A stretch of DNA of 64,000 nt from Candidatus Algichlamydia australiensis (GTDB taxonomy: Bacteria; Chlamydiota; Chlamydiia; Chlamydiales; JAJFMI01): contig JAXCHI010000003.1 in the NCBI GenBank assembly GCA_033977065.1, forward strand, positions 480,001-544,000. The letters are read 5' to 3'. The position numbers were made by a program, and so were the translations under genes. Within the stretch, counting starts at the first letter, position 1. Each line of letters opens with the position of its first letter. Shown here one piece after another: positions 19,454 to 28,050 of this stretch. Below the pieces are notes generated by a model, which searched no databases, had not been told where the DNA came from, and saw nothing but the letters and a program-made list of their open reading frames with translations.

Positions 19454-20971
19454 TCAAGCATCGCTCTGGATTAATCCTTTACAATCTCCTGCTGCCCAAG
19501 CCTTTTCAAGCGCTGTAAGTTTTTTCTTGGAAATCCCACCTAAAAACTCCATCGCTTGTAAGAATCGCGCTCTTGTGCGGTCTTTTCCGAGCAATTCTAC
19601 AGAGTCAAAAAGTGGAGGACCAGTATGCTTTCCAGTAATGGTAGCATAGAGCAGGCGCATGACGACTTTCTTGTGGTTCACACCAAAGAGCCCTGCTACA
19701 TCACGTGACGCTTGCTCAAAACCACTCCGCCCCCAGTTTTCGCTCTTCTCCATGGTCCAAACCATTGTTTGTAAAAGCATCACAGCGACTTCGTTTGTCG
19801 TTTTGCTTCCAGGTGTGAGGAGCTCTTCACTGTAGGGAATGTGATTAATAAAGAAGAATTGGCACAGCTCCATAAATTCAGAAAAAGTCTTAATGCGCGT
19901 ATGGACAAGCGGCATCAGACGTTTCATAAATTCGTCAGAAAAGCCCCACTGCTGGATGCGGTCCCACAGCTTGTCTTCTGGGATTGTATTGATCATGTAT
20001 TGCTGATTGAGCCAGTCCAGTTTCCGCGTATCAAAAATGGCTCCGGAGACGCCCACGCGCTTTTCGCTAAAGCACTTAATAATTTCCTCAATCGGATAGA
20101 TCTCTTTGTCATCGCTCATGCTGTAACCCATGAGTGAGAGAAAATTGACAAAAGCTTCAGGTAAATACCCAGAATCGCGGTAGTAGAAAATAGACGTAGG
20201 GTTCTTTCTCTTAGAAAGTTTTTTTCCATCTGTGCCCAGAAGGAGGGGCATATGGAGGAAAGTCGGGGGTTCCCAACCAAAGGCTTCATAAAGCATGATG
20301 TGTTTTGGTGTGGATGAGAGCCACTCGTCTCCGCGGATGACATGCGAGATTTCCATCAGATGATCATCAACTACATTTGCCAAATGATAGGTGGGGTAAC
20401 CGTCTGATTTTAATAATACTTGGTCATCAATATCAGCCCAAGGAGTGGTCATACGCCCCTTGATGGCATCTTCGTAGACGCACTCACCAGTAAGCGGAAC
20501 TTTTAAACGAATGACAAAGGGCTGCCCTTCATCTTCGCGTTTTTTGATCTCCTCTTCAGAGAGATTGCGGTGGCGGCGGTCATAACCTTGGCGCTGCCCA
20601 GTTTTAGAGGCAATTTCTCGCATCTCTGCAAGCTCCTTTGCCGTGACAAAACATTTGTAAGCTTTACCTGCGGCTAAAAGATCGTAACAGTGCTTGCGGT
20701 AGATTTCTGTGCGCTCAGATTGACGGTAGGGGCCATGCTTGCCCCCAATGTCTGGACCTTCATCCCAATGCAAACCACACCATTTCAGCGCCTCAAAAAT
20801 ATTCTTTTCATACTCAGGACGTGAGCGTGTCTGGTCTGTGTCTTCAATACGAAGAAGAAAGTCGCCTTCATGGTGGCGAGCAAATAAATAATTAAATAGG
20901 GCCATGTAGGCTGTTCCTACATGAGGATCACCAGTAGGTGATGGAGCAATACGAGTTCGAACGCGTTTCAT
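19454..20971 (-). CDS. gltX: Glutamate--tRNA ligase
   Basis: RIAPSPTGDPHVG, RIEDTD, KLSKR. Confidence 0.98.
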   Translation of the reverse strand: MKRVRTRIAPSPTGDPHVGTAYMALFNYLFARHHEGDFLLRIEDTDQTRSRPEYEKNIFEALKWCGLHWDEGPDIGGKHGPYRQSERTEIYRKHCYDLLAAGKAYKCFVTAKELAEMREIASKTGQRQGYDRRHRNLSEEEIKKREDEGQPFVIRLKVPLTGECVYEDAIKGRMTTPWADIDDQVLLKSDGYPTYHLANVVDDHLMEISHVIRGDEWLSSTPKHIMLYEAFGWEPPTFLHMPLLLGTDGKKLSKRKNPTSIFYYRDSGYLPEAFVNFLSLMGYSMSDDKEIYPIEEIIKCFSEKRVGVSGAIFDTRKLDWLNQQYMINTIPEDKLWDRIQQWGFSDEFMKRLMPLVHTRIKTFSEFMELCQFFFINHIPYSEELLTPGSKTTNEVAVMLLQTMVWTMEKSENWGRSGFEQASRDVAGLFGVNHKKVVMRLLYATITGKHTGPPLFDSVELLGKDRTRARFLQAMEFLGGISKKKLTALEKAWAAGDCKGLIQSDA

Positions 20972-21025
20972 GGGGCAGATTGTACCATTTTTTCTACTTG
21001 CTCGTCCAGATGCTGCTGAGGTAGT

Positions 21026-21985
21026 ATGATAAAAAAAATACTTTATAAAATGAAAAAATATCTACTTATTCCTTCTCTTATTTTTGCAAGCCCCTCTCAA
21101 GGATTTCAAAAAGCAGAAAAAAAGGCGTTTCCTGGCCTCTCATATGAAAATGAGAAGAATTGGAAAGAGCCGTTTTTTTTCATTCAAATGGCCGATTGTC
21201 AATTGGGATTTATTGAAGAAAACAGGTCTTGGGATGAAGAGATTCGACTTTTAGAAAAAGCAGTTGATCAGATTAATCAATTACACCCCAAATTTGTGAT
21301 TTTGTGTGGAGATCTCGTGCATGCTTTTCCGAGAGAGCCAATGCGAGAAGAACAGATTGCAGATTTTAAAAAAATTGCATGTCGTATTGATCCCGCAATT
21401 CCCTTAATTTGTCTCTGTGGGAATCACGACGTAGGCAACCAACCTGATCGCTCTACGATTGCCATGTATGAAAATGATTTTGGAGCGCACTATTTTTCTT
21501 TTTGGGTAGGAGGAACACAAGGAATTGTTTTGAATTCGAGTTTGATTTGGGATCCAACGAATGCGCAAGATTTATACGCAGAACAAATCGATTGGTTTCA
21601 AAACCAACTCGAGTTTGATCGAGAAAATCCTCCCGTGCATCGCTTTGTTTTTGCTCACCACCCTTGGTTTGTCAAAGATATTGAAGAAGAAGATTTTTAC
21701 TTTGTCATTCCCAAAAAACGTCGGAGAAAATTTTTAGATTTGATGAAAGAAGCAGATGTTTCAGCCTGTTTTTGTGGACACTATCATCGAAATGCCCTTG
21801 CTGATTATGACGGCATGCCTGTGATTACTACAAGTGCTGTCGGAAAGCAGTTAGGAGACGATGTTTCAGGTTTTCGAATTGTGAACGTTTTTGAAGATCG
21901 CATAGAGCATGAGTATGTTATTCTCGAACCAAACAAGATTGAGGACCTCTCTCCTTCTAGACTAGAAAATCCGCGTAACATTTAA
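21026..21985 (+). CDS. Calcineurin-like metallophosphoesterase, CPPED1/CSTP1-like
   Basis: ADCQLG, CGDLVH, GNHDVG, YFSFWVGG, GHYHRNA, SAVGKQLG; start may be 21050. Confidence 0.85.
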   Translation: MIKKILYKMKKYLLIPSLIFASPSQGFQKAEKKAFPGLSYENEKNWKEPFFFIQMADCQLGFIEENRSWDEEIRLLEKAVDQINQLHPKFVILCGDLVHAFPREPMREEQIADFKKIACRIDPAIPLICLCGNHDVGNQPDRSTIAMYENDFGAHYFSFWVGGTQGIVLNSSLIWDPTNAQDLYAEQIDWFQNQLEFDRENPPVHRFVFAHHPWFVKDIEEEDFYFVIPKKRRRKFLDLMKEADVSACFCGHYHRNALADYDGMPVITTSAVGKQLGDDVSGFRIVNVFEDRIEHEYVILEPNKIEDLSPSRLENPRNI

Positions 21986-22049
21986 GAGTATGTTAACTCA
22001 GGTTGTTACCCAGCTTCTAATAAAGAAAACAGCTTTCTGTTACGGAGTA

Positions 22050-22241
22050 CTAGATAGTGTCGTCAAAAGGCTATAATCAGATTATTTTTCATGTTTGCAG
22101 CTTATTTTTGTGCGGAAATTGAAGCTGAATTTGTAAATTCCGCTTCATTTGAGCACAAAAATGGAGCCCAAACATGAAAAATAAGATGGTTGTATGCTTT
22201 TGACGACGCTATCTAGATAGCCTTTTGACGACACTATCTAG
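22050..22241. repeat. Palindromic MITE-like element with CTAG ends and a duplicated right end
   Basis: CTAGATAGTGTCGTCAAAAG...CTTTTGACGACGCTATCTAG (22050-22216) plus an extra perfect 25-bp IR copy ending at 22241 over the tsp stop. Confidence 0.8.
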
Positions 22242-24178
22242 GCCGCTTTTTCCCCGATAGGCTGGCGGAAGGAGGTTAGAGTGATCAAATCTTTCATTAC
22301 ATTCTTGGCTTCTTCGAGTTGAAGATCAGAGTCGTGAAAGAGAGTAAAGTCGGGATCCTCTTTTTTAATCTCAACTAGGAACTTCTGATAGTTTTTATTG
22401 GCGTCTATACGCATCTCTGCATTCTTCCGTAGGGTAGAGAGGTAGGGACCGTAGAGATCAACAGGCTCTTGTCGCCCATATTTGTACGTGCGTCTAATAC
22501 GGTGACGGTGGAAGGGGTGTACATCATCAAGTTCGTCTACAAATTGAGGGTCAATTGACTGGTTTTCTAAAGGGAAGGTAGCAAAGGCTTCTCCTACTTC
22601 TAGGTTTGCGTAGGGACCGGGTATGTTGAGGTCAAGATCCACGCCGTTAAGTTGGGGGCTTTTCCCAGAAGCGGTAAAGAAAATACCGCGAGTTACCTTG
22701 AATTCACCAAGCGGATTGATTTTGCTTGGGTTTGATCCGTCAAAGGTAAAAACTTGATAACTCCCTTTGCCGTAAGTTTGATCGCCCATAATGAGCGCGC
22801 GACCATAATCTTTTAAAGCGCCTGCCACAATTTCACTAGCGGAGGCTGAACCTCGGTTGACAAGAACAGTTAGAGGGCCATCCCAAACAGGTGTGTCGCT
22901 ATAGTTGCGCAATCGTTGAATTTTGCCGCTGCTATCCTTAATCGCACAGACAATACCTTTCTTTAAAAAGAGGCCGCTAACTGCAGCAGCTTGCGGCAGC
23001 AGGCCACCGGCATTGCCTCTTAGATCAAGAATAATTCCATAGAGCTTGTGCTCTTTTTTTAACTCTTTAATTGCTTTTTCAAGATCAGCAGCAGAGGAGC
23101 TTTGTGGGTCTTGGTAGAAGGTGAAGAGGCGTAGATGACCGATAATGCCATCGCCAAATGGCTCTGTTTTGACCTCAAAGCGCCCCTCTTTTAAGACGAC
23201 TTCATCACGCACTATATCGATATTAAGTTTTTCATCTTTCTCTCCCTCTTTCTCGCGCATGACCGTTAAGGTCACTTTGGATCCTTTGGGGCCGCGAATA
23301 AGCTCAACAGACTCTTCAATATCAAGACCGATCACAGGCTCGCCGTTCACAGCAATAATTCGATCATGGAGCTTAATCTCTTCATTGGCTTGGGCGGGGC
23401 TATCCTCTAAAAACCCAACAATGGTTAATCCATTTAAATCATCGCGTAACTGGGCGCCAATACCAAATAGTCGGGACTGTACACAGATCATAAAAGTATT
23501 CGCTTCAGAAGGCGTGAAGTAATGGGTATGATTGTCAAGAGAAGCGCAGACCGATTTAATAACGAGGGTTAAGAAGTGTTTTTCCTGTTTTTCTGTAGAT
23601 TCTCCTATGAGATGCTGCTCATGGTTCTGTCGGCGCTTGATCACACGCTCCATAAAGTTTTTTTGCAAATCTTCCGCAAATTCTTTAGAGACATCTAGTT
23701 GCAAGGCACGAATCTTCAAATTGCGCTGCAAAAGGGTATCCTCGCTCTCAGACCAATTGAGATCTTTAAGCTTTTCCGCTTTTGGATTTTTTGGAAGCTC
23801 CATACTTAGAATCTCTTCTTCTATTTTATGGCGCCGCTCTACAGCCCTAGACATTGTATCGAAAATTTCGCGAAAGACAGTAAAACTCTGTTTTTGGTAC
23901 TCATCGACAATTTGTGCAAGAAGTTCATCGGATGGGGTTAACCACGGTGCTACTTCCGGATTGATCATATAGGTTTTTGAAGGGTCGAGTTCATCAAGAA
24001 AATTGCGCAGAGCGCGCTTTGCAACTTCCTGATCGAAATTTTTATGTGAGACGTGCGCTTTTAAGATCTCTTCAATTCGTTTGTGGACAATTTGTGGAGT
24101 TAGATCTGCAGGTTTTGCAAGAAGAGGCGCGCAACCAAGCGCGATAAAAAATAGAAACTTAGGGAGTGTCTTCATCAC
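22238..24178 (-). CDS. tsp: Tail-specific protease (S41, PDZ domain), CT441-like
   Basis: GIGAQL PDZ, DLRGNAGG, SASASEIVAG, YGKGS; signal peptide. Confidence 0.93.
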   Translation of the reverse strand: MMKTLPKFLFFIALGCAPLLAKPADLTPQIVHKRIEEILKAHVSHKNFDQEVAKRALRNFLDELDPSKTYMINPEVAPWLTPSDELLAQIVDEYQKQSFTVFREIFDTMSRAVERRHKIEEEILSMELPKNPKAEKLKDLNWSESEDTLLQRNLKIRALQLDVSKEFAEDLQKNFMERVIKRRQNHEQHLIGESTEKQEKHFLTLVIKSVCASLDNHTHYFTPSEANTFMICVQSRLFGIGAQLRDDLNGLTIVGFLEDSPAQANEEIKLHDRIIAVNGEPVIGLDIEESVELIRGPKGSKVTLTVMREKEGEKDEKLNIDIVRDEVVLKEGRFEVKTEPFGDGIIGHLRLFTFYQDPQSSSAADLEKAIKELKKEHKLYGIILDLRGNAGGLLPQAAAVSGLFLKKGIVCAIKDSSGKIQRLRNYSDTPVWDGPLTVLVNRGSASASEIVAGALKDYGRALIMGDQTYGKGSYQVFTFDGSNPSKINPLGEFKVTRGIFFTASGKSPQLNGVDLDLNIPGPYANLEVGEAFATFPLENQSIDPQFVDELDDVHPFHRHRIRRTYKYGRQEPVDLYGPYLSTLRKNAEMRIDANKNYQKFLVEIKKEDPDFTLFHDSDLQLEEAKNVMKDLITLTSFRQPIGEKAA

Positions 24179-24516
24179 TACAGCCTATCGAAAGGGCTTT
24201 ATTCGGGCTAGGGAAATTTTTGGAATTAGTAAATTAAAAAAATAAATACCTATATTTTTCAACACATTCAAAATGAATAGCTTGCGTAAATAAAAATAAT
24301 TTATACACATTTTGATAACACTTTTTTTACCTTATCTACGAAAAAATTGCAGAAAACCCTTGCTGTATACCCATTTTTATGTAATAATAACTAATCTAAA
24401 GGCAACGCAAGCTTAATTAAATAAGCGAACAACAATAAAGAAAGAAGCTGGGGAACAGTTTAAACACCTTTGACAACAAAGGGTTTAAGAAAAAACCCCA
24501 TTGGAGAAACAGAAAA

Positions 24517-24978
24517 ATGATGGAAGACGAAAATAAAAAAATTGCAGCTGAGATCGTTGACGAAGCGCACGCTCAGCCTAAGAAGCTAGTAACGATTACA
24601 GAAGCGGCTCGGATCAATGGTGTAACCCGTCAGGCCATCTACGTCGCAATTAAGCAGAAAAAACTAAAAGCGCAGAAAGATGCGACTCGTTGGTTAATTC
24701 GCTTAGAAGATCTAGAAGAGTATCGCAAAAACAAATACTCTCGTGCGAAATCTACTTTCGATGGCGAGCTTGTTTTTGATAACAACAAAGGTTTCTACTC
24801 TGTAAACCAAGTTGCTAAGATGCTTAACATTCCTGCGCAGAAAGTTTATTATGCTACTCGCATTGGTTTGATGAAAGCGATCCGTAAGGGTGCTGCATGG
24901 GTAATTCACATTGATGATATCAACGGTTATCGTGAGAATTATCTAAATAAAAGAACTACTAATTACGAAGTAATGTAA
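24517..24978 (+). CDS. euo: Chlamydial developmental transcription regulator Euo (two HTH repeats)
   Basis: ITEAARINGVTRQAIYVAIKQKKLKA and YSVNQVAKMLNIPAQKVYYATR; near gltX/recJ as in Chlamydia. Confidence 0.93.
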   Translation: MMEDENKKIAAEIVDEAHAQPKKLVTITEAARINGVTRQAIYVAIKQKKLKAQKDATRWLIRLEDLEEYRKNKYSRAKSTFDGELVFDNNKGFYSVNQVAKMLNIPAQKVYYATRIGLMKAIRKGAAWVIHIDDINGYRENYLNKRTTNYEVM

Positions 24979-24999
24979 GCTAGTTGTAAGTTTTGTTTG

Positions 25000-25035
25000 A
25001 AAAGCCTCTGGTTTTAAACCAGAGGCTTTTTTTTT
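25000..25035 (+). terminator. Rho-independent terminator of euo
   Basis: AAAAGCCTCTGGTTT-TAAACCAGAGGC followed by a T-tract. Confidence 0.85.
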
Positions 25036-25182
25036 GGGCCTCACCTCGCTTCCCAGAATGCAAAAACCGCCATCACGTCGTGTTATCTACACTGCCGTGA
25101 TGGCGGCTTTTGCATTCTGCTTTGCGACGATCGGCATCCTCTGTAGAGAATGCCTTGAGCCCCTGGCTGCCGCTATCGCTCT
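25035..25182 (-). repeat. Structured 148-nt element, copy A (candidate ncRNA or mobile palindromic element)
   Basis: Reverse complement aligns end to end with 26101-26248; nested hairpins with compensatory changes. Confidence 0.85.
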
Positions 25183-26038
25183 TTAAAACGAATGTGATCT
25201 CACGGCCTTGTAGTAGCGGACGTAAAGAAGATGATCTGTTTCCTATGTATTGCATAAGGTGGAGCATGGTCAATAGGCCAGAGAACATTCCGTTTGTGCG
25301 CTTTCGTACTTCTTCAAATGTTTTCGATAATCTAATGGGGGGAGGCGGTGAATGTATAGAAAGAAAGGCTGATTTTTCTTCTGCTGACTTAGGAAAAAAA
25401 ACGGTGTGAACTAAGGTTCTCCCCTTAGGGTCTGAAAATTGAAATACTGTTTTAGGAAGGATTTCTGCAGCTACCATGTTTGCATTCGTTACTACCATAC
25501 TAGACAAAAAAGCTTGTAATGGGGGAGCTGCGCTTTTATCAAGATGAAATTTTCGTCTATTAGAGAGATCCCTCATTAACTCATCTTTGTCTACCGTAAG
25601 AAGTCCTCCAATTGCAATCATTGGAGCTGAGCTTGCGTTATAAAAAATTTTTTTCTTTCCTGTCGTTACTTCCGTCTCAAAGAGGTCTTCACCAAGCCCA
25701 AGGCTATGGTTGTCTTTATGGAATCTTTCTTGGGGGTCTGCAAAGGGTTTTATCGCATAGTTTATACGGGGTTTTACTGCGTAGAACAGCCCATTTTCTC
25801 CTTCAGAATGTGCTAAAATGTACATCGGACTTCCTTCGTCAAGGTCACCAGGTAGTCTTCTGCCAGGATATGCAGCAACACACTGCTCGAAAATTTCTGC
25901 TATTTTTTCATTAGGAGTTGCAGTTTGTAGCCATGGTTTCTCTGGATCTACATTTGTAAATTGTAGTTGGTTAGTAAGATGATCAAATGGTTTTACGCCT
26001 TCTGGTAAAATGCTATCTGCTCCCATAGAATACCCCAA
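25073..26038 (-). CDS. Orphan hypothetical protein; last 35 codons lie inside repeat copy A
   Basis: 321-codon ORF with no recognisable motif; start uncertain. Confidence 0.55.
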   Translation of the reverse strand: MGYSMGADSILPEGVKPFDHLTNQLQFTNVDPEKPWLQTATPNEKIAEIFEQCVAAYPGRRLPGDLDEGSPMYILAHSEGENGLFYAVKPRINYAIKPFADPQERFHKDNHSLGLGEDLFETEVTTGKKKIFYNASSAPMIAIGGLLTVDKDELMRDLSNRRKFHLDKSAAPPLQAFLSSMVVTNANMVAAEILPKTVFQFSDPKGRTLVHTVFFPKSAEEKSAFLSIHSPPPPIRLSKTFEEVRKRTNGMFSGLLTMLHLMQYIGNRSSSLRPLLQGREITFVLKSDSGSQGLKAFSTEDADRRKAECKSRHHGSVDNTT

Positions 26039-26100
26039 TTATTAAGGTTGTGTTTAGGGCAAGTTATGTTAAGAACGGGTTTATGTCAACACTATATTAC

Positions 26101-26248
26101 AGCGCGATAGCGGCAGTCGGGGCTTCAAGGCATTTTCCGCAGAAAATGCCGGTCGTCGCAAAGCCAAAACGCAAAACAGCCGCCATGGCAGTATAGACGA
26201 TACGGTGTGGCGGTTGTTTTGCGTTTTGGCGAAGCGAGGTGGAGCCCA
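26101..26248 (+). repeat. Structured 148-nt element, copy B
   Basis: AGCGCGATAGCGGCAG...GGCATTTTC-CGCA-GAAAATGCC...GCCAAAACGCAAAACAGCCGCCAT/GTGGCGGTTGTTTTGCGTTTTGGC...GGAGCCCA. Confidence 0.85.
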
Positions 26249-26264
26249 ATTAAAAAAGGAGATA

Positions 26265-28001
26265 TTAAACCGCAGGTTTAATATCTCTTATCTGGAGTTG
26301 AATACTAGACTTATTTAAAAAAGTATTGATTTGAGGTGTAAAGGCGACCTCTACGGAGGTCTTCTTGCTGCGTATGTTCGGGCGCTTAGGGGCTAGGTTA
26401 AAGCCAATCCCTTCGAGATTGCGCTCCGACTCTTCCAGGTAAACTTTGAGATGATCTTTTCCGACGATTTTGGGCGACCAGATCTGATTCGCTTTGCAGT
26501 AGAGGAGGGGAGCTGGATTCTCTGTACCAAAAGGTTCAAGCAGATGCATCATATCCATGAAATCGTAGGTAAGGTCAGCAAAACTAACATGAGCATCGAG
26601 GTGCAGTTTGGGGTGAATATCTTTTTCCGTAATGACTTTTTCTGCAGCTACGATAAACTCTTCTCGGAATGCGGGGATGTTTTTCTCTTCAATCGCAAGG
26701 CCGGCAGCAAAGTCGTGGCCACCGAAGTTGATGAAGTATTTGGAGAGATTGTGGAGCACGGAGAGTAGGGGGAATTCGGGAATAGTACGGATCGAACCTT
26801 TGCCTATACCATTTTCTAAAGAGATGAGGATTGTAGGACGGTTGTATTGTTTTGCAATGCGAGCAGTGATGATTGGAATAATGCCCGGGTGCCAATCTGA
26901 TGAGTCAAGAACGATAGCGCGTCGCTGCAAGATTCGAGGGTCGTTTGCAATTTTTTTCTGGACATCGAAGGAGTTATTACGGTCGATTTTTTGGCGCTCA
27001 ATGTTGTTAAGATCAAGCTCATTTGCCAGTTTTTCTGCAGCGGCAGGATCGCGTATAAGAAGCAGCTCAACACCTTTTTGTGGGTCGGCAATGCGTCCAA
27101 GACTGTTGAGACGAGGGGCCACTTTTGAAGCGATGCTCATGGTGGTTACATCGCTCTTTTTAATTTCACATACGTCTAGCAATTTTGTAAGCCCTACACG
27201 CTTGGTTTTGCGCAACTGCCTAAGACCGTAGCGCACCATGATGCGGTTCTCTCCGACAAGGGCTCCCATGTCGGCGATGGTTCCCATGGCAACTAGATCG
27301 AGGTAGCGTTTGAGATCAATTTTTGTGGCGCTTATCGTTCCAGAACCAATTAGTGAGCTTGTGAGAGCATGAACAAGTTTGAAGGCGACACCTACACCTG
27401 TGATGTCGCGGTTAGGATAGGTGCTCTTGTGAAGTTTCGGATTGAGGGTAGCAATGCAGTGGGGAAGTTTTGCAGTAGGCTCATGATGGTCGGTGATGAT
27501 GACATCAACACCTTGACCGGCGATCTCCTCTACCTCTTTTGCTGCAGTAATGCCGCAGTCTACAGTAATGATAAGGGTGCAAGAATTTTTTTTAGCAAAC
27601 TCTAATGCATCAAGTAGGATGCTTTTTGTGGTTGAGCGATTTTGAATGTAATAGAAGGCGTTTAGGTCGATCTCTTTTAGAAATTCTGTAAGCAGTGCCG
27701 TACCTGTGATGCCGTCGACATCATTATCTCCATAAATGAGAATATTCTCTTTGTTGCGGATTGCCTTCAAGATACGATTGACCGCTTTTGCCATATCGGC
27801 AAACAGCTGCGGATCGTGAAGATCGGGGAGTTTTGCGTAAAGAAAGTTATGGACATCATTGAGGCTTTTAAAGCCGCGCGATGCGAGTACTTGAGAAAGG
27901 ACCGGATGCAAATTAAATTCTTTAGTAATTTGATCACACCACTCCTGCTTGTATGCAGGGTAGATCCACTCGGGCTCTGAATTTTCAGGCTTTCGCATCA
28001 T
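26265..28001 (-). CDS. recJ: Single-stranded-DNA-specific exonuclease RecJ
   Basis: YGDNDVDG, TVDCG, TDHH, GTIAD, PRLNS.GR, FGGH, LEPFG.EN. Confidence 0.97.
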   Translation of the reverse strand: MMRKPENSEPEWIYPAYKQEWCDQITKEFNLHPVLSQVLASRGFKSLNDVHNFLYAKLPDLHDPQLFADMAKAVNRILKAIRNKENILIYGDNDVDGITGTALLTEFLKEIDLNAFYYIQNRSTTKSILLDALEFAKKNSCTLIITVDCGITAAKEVEEIAGQGVDVIITDHHEPTAKLPHCIATLNPKLHKSTYPNRDITGVGVAFKLVHALTSSLIGSGTISATKIDLKRYLDLVAMGTIADMGALVGENRIMVRYGLRQLRKTKRVGLTKLLDVCEIKKSDVTTMSIASKVAPRLNSLGRIADPQKGVELLLIRDPAAAEKLANELDLNNIERQKIDRNNSFDVQKKIANDPRILQRRAIVLDSSDWHPGIIPIITARIAKQYNRPTILISLENGIGKGSIRTIPEFPLLSVLHNLSKYFINFGGHDFAAGLAIEEKNIPAFREEFIVAAEKVITEKDIHPKLHLDAHVSFADLTYDFMDMMHLLEPFGTENPAPLLYCKANQIWSPKIVGKDHLKVYLEESERNLEGIGFNLAPKRPNIRSKKTSVEVAFTPQINTFLNKSSIQLQIRDIKPAV

Positions 28002-28050
28002 TGGTAGATAGGAGAATTATCCCCTATGCTACCACGTTATTCTCTTGATA

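Noticed and set aside
25035..26248. Known ribozyme or riboswitch identity for the 148-nt element
   Set aside because: No hammerhead, HDV, twister or riboswitch consensus recognised by eye; left unassigned
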